Positions 19,642 to 28,847 of a DNA stretch of 64,000 nt are shown in pieces; position 1 is the first letter of the stretch; each line of letters starts with the position of its first letter. The position numbers and the translations under genes are program-made. The notes below the pieces were generated by a model that did not search any database, was not told the DNA's origin, and saw only the letters and a list, made by a program, of their open reading frames with translations. Source of the DNA: an uncultured OCS116 cluster bacterium (GTDB lineage: Bacteria; Pseudomonadota; Alphaproteobacteria; Rhizobiales; TMED25); the NCBI GenBank assembly GCA_902632055.1, contig CACPAS010000003.1, positions 2,105 through 66,104 of the forward strand, written 5' to 3'.

Positions 19642-20706
19642 ATGTCCGATATAAAAACCTTAGCTATTGAGAGGCTCAATATATTAAATCCTGAATATCG
19701 TGACTTAATTGAAGATATTGTAGTTGCTAACAAAAAGATTTATCTCTCACTTAAAACAGATAAATCTCAAGTTGATAAATTCACAAAAATAAAGCTACAA
19801 ATAGAAAAAGAGTTAATTGGCATTGATGGTATTGATAGTGTATCTGTATCTTTAACATCGCACTCCGACTCAAAAAAACAAGCAGCAGACCCCAAGAATA
19901 TTACAAAAGGTATTTCTGAAGTAAAAAATATAATTTCTGTTGCGTCCGGGAAAGGTGGTGTTGGAAAATCTACAACTTCAATAAATATAGCAATTGCAAT
20001 TAATAAGCTTGGCTTCAGAGTTGGTTTGCTTGATGCGGATGTATATGGACCATCAATTCCAAAGCTTATAGGTGGTAAGCAAAAGCCAAAAATATCTAAA
20101 ACAGGTAATATTCTGCCGATTAAGAAATATGATATTTCATTAATGTCAATTGGCTTTCTGGTATCAGAGGATACCCCCATGATATGGCGAGGTCCAATGG
20201 TAATAACAGCAGTTAATCAAATGCTAAACGATGTGGAATGGGGTGAATTGGACTTTCTTATAGTGGATATGCCTCCGGGAACTGGTGATGTGCAGCTAAC
20301 TATGGCACAAAAGGTTCCAATGACTGGTGCAGTAATTATATCAACACCCCAAGATCTAGCTCTCATAGATGCTAGAAAAGGTATAGAAATGTTTAAAAAG
20401 GTTAATGTGCCAATTCTTGGTATAATTGAGAATATGAGCATATTTATATGTCCCCATTGCAACAAAGAGTCCCATATTTTTGGGTTTGAAGGAGCCAAGA
20501 TTGAAGCAAGAAATAAAAACGTCGATTTTTTAGGAGATATACCGTTAGAAATAGATTTGAGAGAGTCATCGGATATCGGGAGGCCAATTATGTATTCAAA
20601 AAGTGACTCAATAGTCTCAAAAAAATTTCTCGATATTGCAAAATCAGTTGTTAATAAAACTATGAGTACATCAAAATCGAAGAAGCCAAATATTATTATC
20701 AATTGA
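19642..20706 (+). CDS. mrp: Fe-S cluster carrier ATPase Mrp/ApbC (NBP35 family)
   Basis: N-terminal DUF59-like domain, deviant Walker A SGKGGVGKST and a CPHC motif. Confidence 0.9.
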   Translation: MSDIKTLAIERLNILNPEYRDLIEDIVVANKKIYLSLKTDKSQVDKFTKIKLQIEKELIGIDGIDSVSVSLTSHSDSKKQAADPKNITKGISEVKNIISVASGKGGVGKSTTSINIAIAINKLGFRVGLLDADVYGPSIPKLIGGKQKPKISKTGNILPIKKYDISLMSIGFLVSEDTPMIWRGPMVITAVNQMLNDVEWGELDFLIVDMPPGTGDVQLTMAQKVPMTGAVIISTPQDLALIDARKGIEMFKKVNVPILGIIENMSIFICPHCNKESHIFGFEGAKIEARNKNVDFLGDIPLEIDLRESSDIGRPIMYSKSDSIVSKKFLDIAKSVVNKTMSTSKSKKPNIIIN

Positions 20707-20723
20707 GTTTATAATCACATTAT

Positions 20724-21068
20724 ATGATACCTGAAAACATAATTTTATCTAAAAATAAGAAGGAACTGACTCTGGCATATGGAGCTTCAAACTCTATCTT
20801 GAGTGCTGAATTTTTAAGAGTTAACAGCCCTAGTGCAGAAGCAAAGGGTCATAGCTCAGATCAAAAAAAAATTGTAAGTGGGAAGAAAAGTGTTTCAATA
20901 AATTCAATCGAAATCATCGGTAATTATGCAATTAGACTTATATTTGATGATGGTCATTCAACTGGCATATACACTTGGCAATATTTACAGGATCTTTTCA
21001 AGGAAAAGGATGAAATATGGAAAGAGTACATATCTGAGTTAAGAAGAAAAGGTCTCAATAGAGGGTGA
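20724..21068 (+). CDS. DUF971 (gamma-butyrobetaine hydroxylase N-terminal-like) domain protein
   Basis: 114 aa with AEFLRVNSPSAEA...IRLIFDDGHSTGIYTWQYL, matching the DUF971 layout. The usual cysteines are replaced (see findings). Confidence 0.7.
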   Translation: MIPENIILSKNKKELTLAYGASNSILSAEFLRVNSPSAEAKGHSSDQKKIVSGKKSVSINSIEIIGNYAIRLIFDDGHSTGIYTWQYLQDLFKEKDEIWKEYISELRRKGLNRG

Positions 21069-21075
21069 ATGTGCT

Positions 21076-22245
21076 TTAAATCCTTTCCAAAGACCGACGT
21101 AAATCCTCAATAAGATCATCGGGGTCTTCTAAACCAACATGGATCCTTACCATAGAATTTGAGTATTTGGACCATTCCTTTGTAGTCTCTCTATCTGGAA
21201 AAATCGGTATTATAAGGCTCTCGTAACCACCCCATGAAGCCCCAATACCAAATAGTGATAAGCCATCAATGAATTTGTCCAAAGTCTCAATATTTTCATT
21301 CTTATTATCAATAACTATCGACATAAGGCTACCGCCTCCACCTGAGAAATACTTTTTCCATAATTTATGATCTCGGCTTTTGTGGAATGGTGGATACAGG
21401 ATTTCTAGAATTTTCTTTTGAGTGCTCAGAAAATTGCATATCTTGAGAGCATTCGCGAATTGTTTTTCCATCCTAACACTTATAGTTCGAAGACCTCTGT
21501 TCGCCATATAGGCGTCATCCGCATTTGAGCTTACTCTCAGAATATCGAATGTTTCTTCAACATATTTCTGAGCCTTTTTATTATATGTTACCGCCCCCAT
21601 GAATACATCAGAGTGCCCAACGATATACTTAGTACCGGCATGTACAGATATATCGACACCAAATTTAAAAGGCTTAAAATATAAAGGTGTGGCCCAAGTG
21701 TTATCGATTATAGAAAACAAATTTTTACTTGAGCAAATTGAAACTAATTTGTTAATTTCAATAATTTCAAAGGTAAGGGAACCAGGGGACTCAAAAAAAA
21801 CTGCTCTAGTTTTTTTTGTAATTTTACCTTCCAATGTATCTAAATCCTTCGGATTAAAGTATAATGTTTCAACCCCCATCTTGGTTAGAAATTTTCTAGC
21901 GATTTGCTTTGTGGGTTCATAAACGTTGTCTGCCAGCATCAATTGATCTCCATTCCTTAGGACGCTCAGCAAGGATAGAAGAATTGCAGTTCTGCCAGAG
22001 CTCGTTATTCTGCATCCTTCAGCATTCTCTAACAGTCTTATGCCCTCTGATAGAGACTCCGTGTTTGGATTAGACTTGCTGCCATAGAAATATCTTGAAG
22101 AACGTTCTCGAAACTGTCTTGAAGTCTCAGTTAGAACTGTTGATCCACGATAGACAGGCGTATTCACAAAACCAAAATGCTCACTTGAGTTTTGTCCAGC
22201 ATGAGTAATTATAGTGCTTTGTTTATATTTTTTTTTATCTATCAT
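21076..22245 (-). CDS. metC: Cystathionine beta-lyase
   Basis: 389-aa PLP Cys/Met-metabolism enzyme. It has a MetC-type N-terminus (T.I.HAG......G.VN.PVYRGSTV) and a PLP-lysine motif HAGTKYIVGHSD. Confidence 0.85.
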   Translation of the reverse strand: MIDKKKYKQSTIITHAGQNSSEHFGFVNTPVYRGSTVLTETSRQFRERSSRYFYGSKSNPNTESLSEGIRLLENAEGCRITSSGRTAILLSLLSVLRNGDQLMLADNVYEPTKQIARKFLTKMGVETLYFNPKDLDTLEGKITKKTRAVFFESPGSLTFEIIEINKLVSICSSKNLFSIIDNTWATPLYFKPFKFGVDISVHAGTKYIVGHSDVFMGAVTYNKKAQKYVEETFDILRVSSNADDAYMANRGLRTISVRMEKQFANALKICNFLSTQKKILEILYPPFHKSRDHKLWKKYFSGGGGSLMSIVIDNKNENIETLDKFIDGLSLFGIGASWGGYESLIIPIFPDRETTKEWSKYSNSMVRIHVGLEDPDDLIEDLRRSLERI

Positions 22246-22299
22246 GTGTAATTATTTGCATAAGTTTTGTAACTCATCAATATATATTACACAAATTGT

Positions 22300-22328
22300 T
22301 TGACATCAGAACATATATAGAACATAAT
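22300..22328 (+). promoter_or_regulatory. Sigma-70-like promoter with an embedded LexA (SOS) operator
   Basis: TTGACA (22300-22305), a 17-nt spacer, then CATAAT (22323-22328). The spacer contains GAAC-ATATATA-GAAC (22309-22323), which is the alphaproteobacterial GAAC-N7-GAAC / GTTC-N7-GTTC operator. Confidence 0.55.
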
Positions 22329-22350
22329 ATGTACAAAAAAGGAATATATC

Positions 22351-22455
22351 ATGTTTTTATTGAAAAAATTTATAAGTAATTGGGAAGATATAACAGGGAT
22401 CTTATCTATAGTTACTCTGTCGGCAATGCTGTTCAGGTTTGCATCAATGATCTAA
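22351..22455 (+). CDS. Unannotated 34-aa hydrophobic small ORF downstream of the SOS-box promoter
   Basis: AAGGA (22339-22343) lies 7 nt before the ATG at 22351. Translation: MFLLKKFISNWEDITGILSIVTLSAMLFRFASMI, stop at 22453-22455. It is below the ORF-track size cutoff, and coding status is unproven. Confidence 0.35.
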   Translation: MFLLKKFISNWEDITGILSIVTLSAMLFRFASMI

Positions 22456-22563
22456 TCATTGCCTCTTATCCACAAAACTAAAACAATATCTACAACAATC
22501 CAATATTAAAATGACTTCTAACTATTTTTTATTAAAATAGTATTAGTCAAAAAAGGAATATTT

Positions 22564-25500
22564 ATGGCAATTCCAAACTTTATACATCTGCGTGCTCGAT
22601 CTGCATACTCTCTTCTTGAGTCATCTCTGCATATAAATCAGATAAAAGATTTGTGTATAGAAAATAACATGCCAGCCATTGCTATTTCTGATAACAACCT
22701 CTTCGGCGCACTCGAGTTTTCTGAGATTATGTCGTCAAATGGTATTCAGCCATTGATTGGAACTTCGATAAATTTATCACTGACTAACGGCTACACCTCA
22801 AATTCTCATTCTATAGGGTCTTCAATTTGCTTGATAGCAATGACGGAAATTGGTTATAAAAATTTATTAAAATTATCGAGTTATTCCTTTCAGAAAAATA
22901 ATGCACTATTTCCATTTGTGACCCTTGAAGAGATTTATAGACACAATGAGGGATTATTTTTCCTCACAGGTGGGGATAGAGGTATTCTAAATAATCTGAT
23001 CAAGTCGAATGGCACTGATCAAGCAATCGAGTACGTTAATAATATAAAAAGTGTGTTCGATGAGAGGCTTTTCGTTGAAATTCAAAGATCAGATAGCAAT
23101 AATCAATCAGTCGAGAATAAGCTAATAGATATAGCTTACGATAGAGGTATCCCATTAGTTGCAACAAATGATATTTTTTTTGAGTCACGTGCTGACCATG
23201 AGGCAAATGATATCCTTCAATGCATTACTAATGCTGACGTAATATCTAATCCAAATAGAAAAAAAGTTTCACAGGAGTCCTATTTTAAAACTCAAGATGA
23301 AATGTTATCTTTGTTTGATGACTTGCCAGAAGCAATTGAGAATTCTGTATCAATTTCAATGCGGTGCACATATAGACCAACCACATTAAATCCAATTCTT
23401 CCTATGTATGTTCAGGAAGGTTCAGAGTCTGAGGTCAAAGAAAAAGAAAACCATTTGCTGGTTGAAATGGCTAATAAAGGTTTTCGCGATAAAATTTCGA
23501 AATTTGGAACTGCAGAAAATTATAATAATTCATTTTACCAAGATAGGCTCGATAACGAACTTTCAATTATTCTTGATATGGATTATGCAGGTTATTTTTT
23601 AATTGTATCTGATATAATCAATTGGTCAAAAAATAACGATATACCGGTTGGGCCTGGTAGAGGCTCGGGCGCTGGCTCTCTTGTTGCTTGGTCTCTGGGG
23701 ATAACAGACTTAGACCCAATAAAATTCAACCTCGTATTTGAAAGATTTTTGAATCCACATCGTATATCAATGCCTGACTTTGATATAGACTTTTGCCCAA
23801 TAAGACGTGATGAAGTTATTAATTATATAAAAAAAAGATATGGCAATGATCGAGTCGCACAAATAATTACATTTGGAAAACTTCAAGCAAGGGCAGTAAT
23901 CCGTGATGTTGGTCGAGTGATGGAGATACCATATGGGCAGGTGGATAGCTTGTGTAGGCTTATACCAAATAACCCAGCAAATCCGATGACGCTCTCTGAG
24001 GCATTATCTGATATCAAAGAGATAGGCATGATTAGAAAATCAGATGAAACAGTAGATCGCCTGCTCAATTACTCACTGGCACTCGAGGGTCTATACCGAC
24101 ATGCATCAACTCATGCAGCGGGGGTTGTCATATCAAATGGAAAACTGGATGAATATGTGCCCCTTTATATGGATCAAAAGACCAATTCTCTTGTAACGCA
24201 ATTTAATATGAAATGGGTTGAACAGGCGGGCTTGGTCAAATTTGATATCTTAGGTCTCAAAACTCTATCTGTAATAAGTGAATGTTGTAAGCAGCTCACA
24301 GATATTGGTAAGTCGATTGATATAACTTCTGTAGATTTACAGGATGAGAATACTCTCAGATTATTCAGAGATGGTGAAACATCGGGTGTTTTTCAATTTG
24401 AAAGTTCGGGCATGAAAGATTTACTTGTTAAAGCCCATCCAAATAATTTTGAGGATTTAATTGCATTAATAGCGCTATTCCGACCCGGCCCAATGGAAAA
24501 TATCCCCCAATATCTTGAGTCAAAAAATACAGATGTTGAGATTGAGGATCTGCATGAGCTTATTAATCCAATAATTGCAGATACATACGGAGTTATCATA
24601 TACCAAGAGCAGGTTATTCAAATTGCCCAGAAATTAGCTGGCTACAGTCTTGGTGAAGCTGATCTCCTGAGGCGGGCGATGGGTAAAAAGATAAAATCTG
24701 AAATGGATGCACAGAGAGATAAATTTATAAATGGCGCAAGTTCAAATGGAGTTGACAAGAAAAAAGCAGAATATATTTTTGATTTAGTTGATAAATTTGC
24801 AGGATATGGTTTTAATAAAGCGCACTCAGCTGCCTACGCTCTAATTGCATTCCAAACAGCTTACTTGAAAGCGAATTATCCTTTAGCCTTCATGTCAGCG
24901 CTTTTAACACTTGATATTGGTAATATCGATAAGGTCTCTAGTATCGTTTCAGAAACAAAAAGGATGAAAATTGAGATTTTACCGCCTTCGATAAATTATT
25001 CTTCGCATGATTTCCTGATAGAGGGTAAATCAATAAGGTTCTCGTTATCTTCAATAAAGAATGTTGGTGCGCAGGCGGTTGAAAACATTTGTACAGAGAG
25101 GAACAAGAATGGACCCTTCACTGATATCCAAGATTTTATTTCAAGAATAGATAGCCATTTTGTAAATAAACGCGCGCTCGAGGGATTAATAATGGCGGGT
25201 GCTTTTGATGAGATCGAGCAAAATAGAGCATTACTCATGGAGAATATTGAGATTCTTCTTTTGGAGTCCAGTCGGCTCAAGAAGAAAAATATAGATGGCC
25301 AAACAGATATTTTTGCTGGCATAGAGGAGTCAAAACCAGAAATCAGGCTGCCAGAAAAACAAGAATGGACCAGAGGTAGAAAGCTTGCGGGTGAGTTTGA
25401 ATTTTTGGGGTCTTATTTATCCGGCCATCCTTTAGAAGGTTATTCACGTGCGATCAAGAAGCATAGTGTGACTTCATATGCCGAATTTATAAGTGATGTA

Positions 25501-26076
25501 AAAATAAAAAAACACAAGCAAGCCAGATTAGCGGGTGTAATACATGCTAGGGTAAATAGAAGAGGCAAAACAGGTAGAAATTATTCCTTCATAAGATTCT
25601 CAGATAAGAGCCAAGAATTTGAGACCATGTTTTTTTCAGATATAATTGATAAATTCAATGAAATATTATTTGTTGGTAATGTTTTGATTATAAAAGTGGA
25701 TGCTGACCTTCAAGGTGACTCTATCAGACTGCGGGTTAATGATGTTATACAAGCAACTGAAGATAATTTAGGAGATGCCTGCAAAACAGATAAAACAAAC
25801 GTCGATTTTGCTAGTTTCGAGGACGCGGATCCTGAATTCACAGAGAAAACCGATATTCAAAAATACACTATAAAAATATCAGATATAAGCGCAATTGATC
25901 TAATAGCTGAAAAGCTCAAGCTTGGCAAAGGTTCAGATACTATCAATTTAAAATTTTATGATAATAATTTAAAAAAAGATATAAAACTCGAGATTGGAAA
26001 TAGTTATTGCTTTGATAATGACACAGAAAAATATTTAAGCTCAATACCCGGTGTTATCGGGATAAATACAGACTAG
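22564..26076 (+). CDS. dnaE: DNA polymerase III subunit alpha
   Basis: 1170 aa with an N-terminal PHP domain (FIHLRARSAYSLLES), polymerase core motifs (GYFLIVSDII, PDFDIDF, GLVKFDILGLK) and an OB-fold C-terminus. Confidence 0.95.
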   Translation: MAIPNFIHLRARSAYSLLESSLHINQIKDLCIENNMPAIAISDNNLFGALEFSEIMSSNGIQPLIGTSINLSLTNGYTSNSHSIGSSICLIAMTEIGYKNLLKLSSYSFQKNNALFPFVTLEEIYRHNEGLFFLTGGDRGILNNLIKSNGTDQAIEYVNNIKSVFDERLFVEIQRSDSNNQSVENKLIDIAYDRGIPLVATNDIFFESRADHEANDILQCITNADVISNPNRKKVSQESYFKTQDEMLSLFDDLPEAIENSVSISMRCTYRPTTLNPILPMYVQEGSESEVKEKENHLLVEMANKGFRDKISKFGTAENYNNSFYQDRLDNELSIILDMDYAGYFLIVSDIINWSKNNDIPVGPGRGSGAGSLVAWSLGITDLDPIKFNLVFERFLNPHRISMPDFDIDFCPIRRDEVINYIKKRYGNDRVAQIITFGKLQARAVIRDVGRVMEIPYGQVDSLCRLIPNNPANPMTLSEALSDIKEIGMIRKSDETVDRLLNYSLALEGLYRHASTHAAGVVISNGKLDEYVPLYMDQKTNSLVTQFNMKWVEQAGLVKFDILGLKTLSVISECCKQLTDIGKSIDITSVDLQDENTLRLFRDGETSGVFQFESSGMKDLLVKAHPNNFEDLIALIALFRPGPMENIPQYLESKNTDVEIEDLHELINPIIADTYGVIIYQEQVIQIAQKLAGYSLGEADLLRRAMGKKIKSEMDAQRDKFINGASSNGVDKKKAEYIFDLVDKFAGYGFNKAHSAAYALIAFQTAYLKANYPLAFMSALLTLDIGNIDKVSSIVSETKRMKIEILPPSINYSSHDFLIEGKSIRFSLSSIKNVGAQAVENICTERNKNGPFTDIQDFISRIDSHFVNKRALEGLIMAGAFDEIEQNRALLMENIEILLLESSRLKKKNIDGQTDIFAGIEESKPEIRLPEKQEWTRGRKLAGEFEFLGSYLSGHPLEGYSRAIKKHSVTSYAEFISDVKIKKHKQARLAGVIHARVNRRGKTGRNYSFIRFSDKSQEFETMFFSDIIDKFNEILFVGNVLIIKVDADLQGDSIRLRVNDVIQATEDNLGDACKTDKTNVDFASFEDADPEFTEKTDIQKYTIKISDISAIDLIAEKLKLGKGSDTINLKFYDNNLKKDIKLEIGNSYCFDNDTEKYLSSIPGVIGINTD

Positions 26077-26096
26077 AGAGGTTTTGGTAAATTAGC

Positions 26097-26125
26097 TTGA
26101 TATTTTCTCAATAAAATCATATAAA
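26097..26125 (+). promoter_or_regulatory. Candidate promoter for rpsB-tsf
   Basis: TTGATA (26097-26102), a 17-nt spacer, TATAAA (26120-26125), about 75 nt upstream of the rpsB start. False positives are likely in AT-rich sequence. Confidence 0.3.
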
Positions 26126-26201
26126 CAGCATATCACATACATAGAGCATGAGTCGGTGTAAGTTAAGCTCTATGGAGAATAACCGAGTCAGGAGAGTTAT
26201 A

Positions 26202-27137
26202 ATGTCACTACCAGATTTCTCAATGAGAGAACTTTTAGAAGCTGGTGTTCATTTTGGTCACAAAAAAGAACGCTGGAATCCAAAAATGGAAACCTTTATT
26301 TATGGTAAAAGAAATGGTATCCACATCATCGATTTATCACAAACCGTTCCATTGTTGCATCAGGCACTACTTGCAATCAGAGATGTAGCAGCGTCTGGCG
26401 GCAGAGTATTGTTTGTTGGTACAAAACGTCAGGCATCAGAGCATATTGCTGAGTCAGCAAAGAAATCTGCCCAGTACTACATAAATCATACATGGATGGC
26501 CGGTATCTTAACAAATTGGAAAACAGTCTCGAATTCAATAAAAAGATTTAAAGATCTTGAGGAGATGCTAAATAGTGAAAAAATAAATGCACTTACAAAA
26601 AAAGAAGTTTTAAAACTTACTAGAGAGCATAATAAGCTCGAAAGGGCAATTGGTGGCATCAAGGATATGGGGGGGCTACCTGATATTCTTTTTGTAATTG
26701 ATACAAACAAAGAGGCCATTGCAATATTGGAGGCTAATAAGCTTGGCATACCAGTTGTGGCCATCCTTGATACAAATTCTACGCCAGATGATATTGATCA
26801 TCCAATACCCGGTAATGATGACGCATCTAGAGCTATTGCCCTATACTGTTCATTGGCCGAGCGAGCAATTTTGGATGGTATGGAAAACTCACAAACGAAA
26901 AATTCAATTGATCAAGGCGAAAGTGCAAATCCCGTATCATCTGATGATTTAGAAGTGTTAAGCGAAGAGTCAAAAGATGAAAGCAAAATTAAAGAGCCTA
27001 TGATTGACTCCGTTGAGCTATCTTCAAAAGATGATAAAAAAAATGAAGAAAATAAGGAGTTAATTGTTGAAAAGAAGAAAAGAAAATCACCTAAAAAGAC
27101 AGCAGAATCAACTATTGATGATAAGTCGGACTCTTAA
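26202..27137 (+). CDS. rpsB: 30S ribosomal protein S2 with a long charged C-terminal tail
   Basis: S2 core ([32 protein letters not shown]). The ATG at 26202 is preceded by AGGAGA. The ORF-track start at 26148 is probably an upstream extension. Confidence 0.95.
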   Translation: MSLPDFSMRELLEAGVHFGHKKERWNPKMETFIYGKRNGIHIIDLSQTVPLLHQALLAIRDVAASGGRVLFVGTKRQASEHIAESAKKSAQYYINHTWMAGILTNWKTVSNSIKRFKDLEEMLNSEKINALTKKEVLKLTREHNKLERAIGGIKDMGGLPDILFVIDTNKEAIAILEANKLGIPVVAILDTNSTPDDIDHPIPGNDDASRAIALYCSLAERAILDGMENSQTKNSIDQGESANPVSSDDLEVLSEESKDESKIKEPMIDSVELSSKDDKKNEENKELIVEKKKRKSPKKTAESTIDDKSDS

Positions 27138-27173
27138 ATCTTTTTTTGGTATCGGATACTATAAGGAAATAAA

Positions 27174-28094
27174 ATGGTTGAAATTACGGCAGGATTAGTT
27201 AAAGAGCTCAGAGAAAAAAGCGGCGCAGGGATGATGGATTGTAAAATGGCACTTTCTGAAAATGATGGAAACATTGATCTATCTATAGATTGGTTAAGGG
27301 CCAAAGGAATAACAAAAGCGGCAAAAAAATCAGACAGGATTGCTTCTGAAGGTTTAATTGGCTCCCTTATTAAGAATGGATCAGCCGCTATCATAGAGTT
27401 AAACTCTGAAACAGACTTCGTGGCGAGGAACGAAGAATTTCAGGGCTTATTAAGGGGTATATTGGATGTTTCAATTGATAATCATGATGTTGAAAATGCG
27501 CAATACCAAGATTCTGGTAGAACTGTTGCTGAAGAGATCAACGAAAAAATTGCAACAATTGGCGAAAACATTATGCTCAGAAGAATTACGAGATATGAAA
27601 ATATCAAAGATGAGCATGTATTTTCATACACTCACAATGCAGTTGCTGACTCATTGGGAAAGATCGGAGTATTAGTCGCAATTAGAACTAAGAATAATAG
27701 CGACAAGTTAGCTGAATTTGGAAAAAACCTATGTATGCACATCGCAGCAACTAATCCCCTAGCATTAGCTTCAAACGAAATTAGCCCCGAATTAATTGAG
27801 AGGGAAAAGCAAATTGCTCAGGAACAAGCGCGTGAGAGTGGTAAACCTGAAAATATAATCGAGAAAATGGTTGAAGGCAGAATAAAAAAATTTACTGAAG
27901 AAAATGCTTTGTTATCTCAAATTTTCGTTATAGATGGTGAAACAAAAATAGCAAAACTGCTTGAAAACAAATCTAGGGAGCTCAACGACGATATTGTAAT
28001 TACACGTTTTACAAGAATGCAACTGGGTGATGGCATTGAAAAGAAGGAAGACGACTTCGCGGGTGAAGTTGCTGCTGTTATAAGTAAAAATTAA
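27174..28094 (+). CDS. tsf: Elongation factor Ts
   Basis: N-terminal UBA-like motif ITAGLVKELREKSGAGMMDCK. Position in the rpsB-tsf-pyrH-frr order. Confidence 0.95.
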   Translation: MVEITAGLVKELREKSGAGMMDCKMALSENDGNIDLSIDWLRAKGITKAAKKSDRIASEGLIGSLIKNGSAAIIELNSETDFVARNEEFQGLLRGILDVSIDNHDVENAQYQDSGRTVAEEINEKIATIGENIMLRRITRYENIKDEHVFSYTHNAVADSLGKIGVLVAIRTKNNSDKLAEFGKNLCMHIAATNPLALASNEISPELIEREKQIAQEQARESGKPENIIEKMVEGRIKKFTEENALLSQIFVIDGETKIAKLLENKSRELNDDIVITRFTRMQLGDGIEKKEDDFAGEVAAVISKN

Positions 28095-28124
28095 TAGAAA
28101 CTACTGCATTATAGATGGTTGGTA

Positions 28125-28838
28125 ATGGCAAAAGAATATAATAATGTCTTACTCAAAATTTCTGGTGAGATTCTATCAGGAGATGCAAATAGTGCTTTTG
28201 ATTATTCAATATCAAACCAAATTGTCGATGATATAGCTAGTATTAAAAAGTCCGGAATAAATCTTGCAGTTGTTATAGGTGGTGGGAATATAATAAGAGG
28301 TATCAATCACAGAGACTATAATCTCTCTAAGAACAATGCAGACCATATGGGTATGCTTAGTACAGCAATAAACGGGATTTATTTAAAAAATCTTCTAACA
28401 AATAAACACATTAAATCAATTATTTATTCATCTTTTACGATATCTGGAATTATAAAAAAGTTTAACCATGAAGAGGCAAAACAGGCAATGAATGATGGTC
28501 ATGTGGTAATCCTTGTTGGCGGAACGGGTAACCCTTATTTTACAACTGATACAACGGCCGTTTTGAGGGCGCTCGAGCTTGACTGTGATGTTCTATTAAA
28601 AGGAACAAAAGTTGATGGAGTTTATGATCAAGACCCAGAAAAGTATTCAAAAGCTGAGAAATTTTCTAAATTAGATTATAATTATGTTATAAATAATAAT
28701 CTAAGCATCATGGATAGGACATCAATTATAATGGCAGAGGAAGCAGGTCTACCAATAATTGTATTTTCCATAAAAAATAAAGACGAGTTAAGAAAAGTAA
28801 TAGAAAAAAAAGCAGAATTTACAATTATATCTAATTAA
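28125..28838 (+). CDS. pyrH: UMP kinase
   Basis: Motifs LLKISGE, VIGGGNI.RG and GTGNPYFTTDT. The ATG at 28125 is preferred over the TTG at 28119. Confidence 0.95.
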   Translation: MAKEYNNVLLKISGEILSGDANSAFDYSISNQIVDDIASIKKSGINLAVVIGGGNIIRGINHRDYNLSKNNADHMGMLSTAINGIYLKNLLTNKHIKSIIYSSFTISGIIKKFNHEEAKQAMNDGHVVILVGGTGNPYFTTDTTAVLRALELDCDVLLKGTKVDGVYDQDPEKYSKAEKFSKLDYNYVINNNLSIMDRTSIIMAEEAGLPIIVFSIKNKDELRKVIEKKAEFTIISN

Positions 28839-28847
28839 GGTATCGCA

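Noticed and set aside
19767-20702. Two long antisense ORFs (137 and 161 aa) opposite mrp. Similar ones lie opposite bamA (35142-35612), trpE (47878-48315), recJ (13315-13644), dnaE (24996-25322) and secD/secF (59123-59437, 59900-60214).
   Set aside because: All lie fully inside well-supported conserved genes on the other strand. Their compositions are low-complexity and Ser/Ile/Phe-rich, which is typical of shadow frames. None has an RBS or a recognisable motif.
22466-22474. A replication origin near dnaE, suggested by the DnaA box.
   Set aside because: There is a single box only, with no cluster of boxes, no AT-rich unwinding repeats and none of the usual origin-flanking genes.
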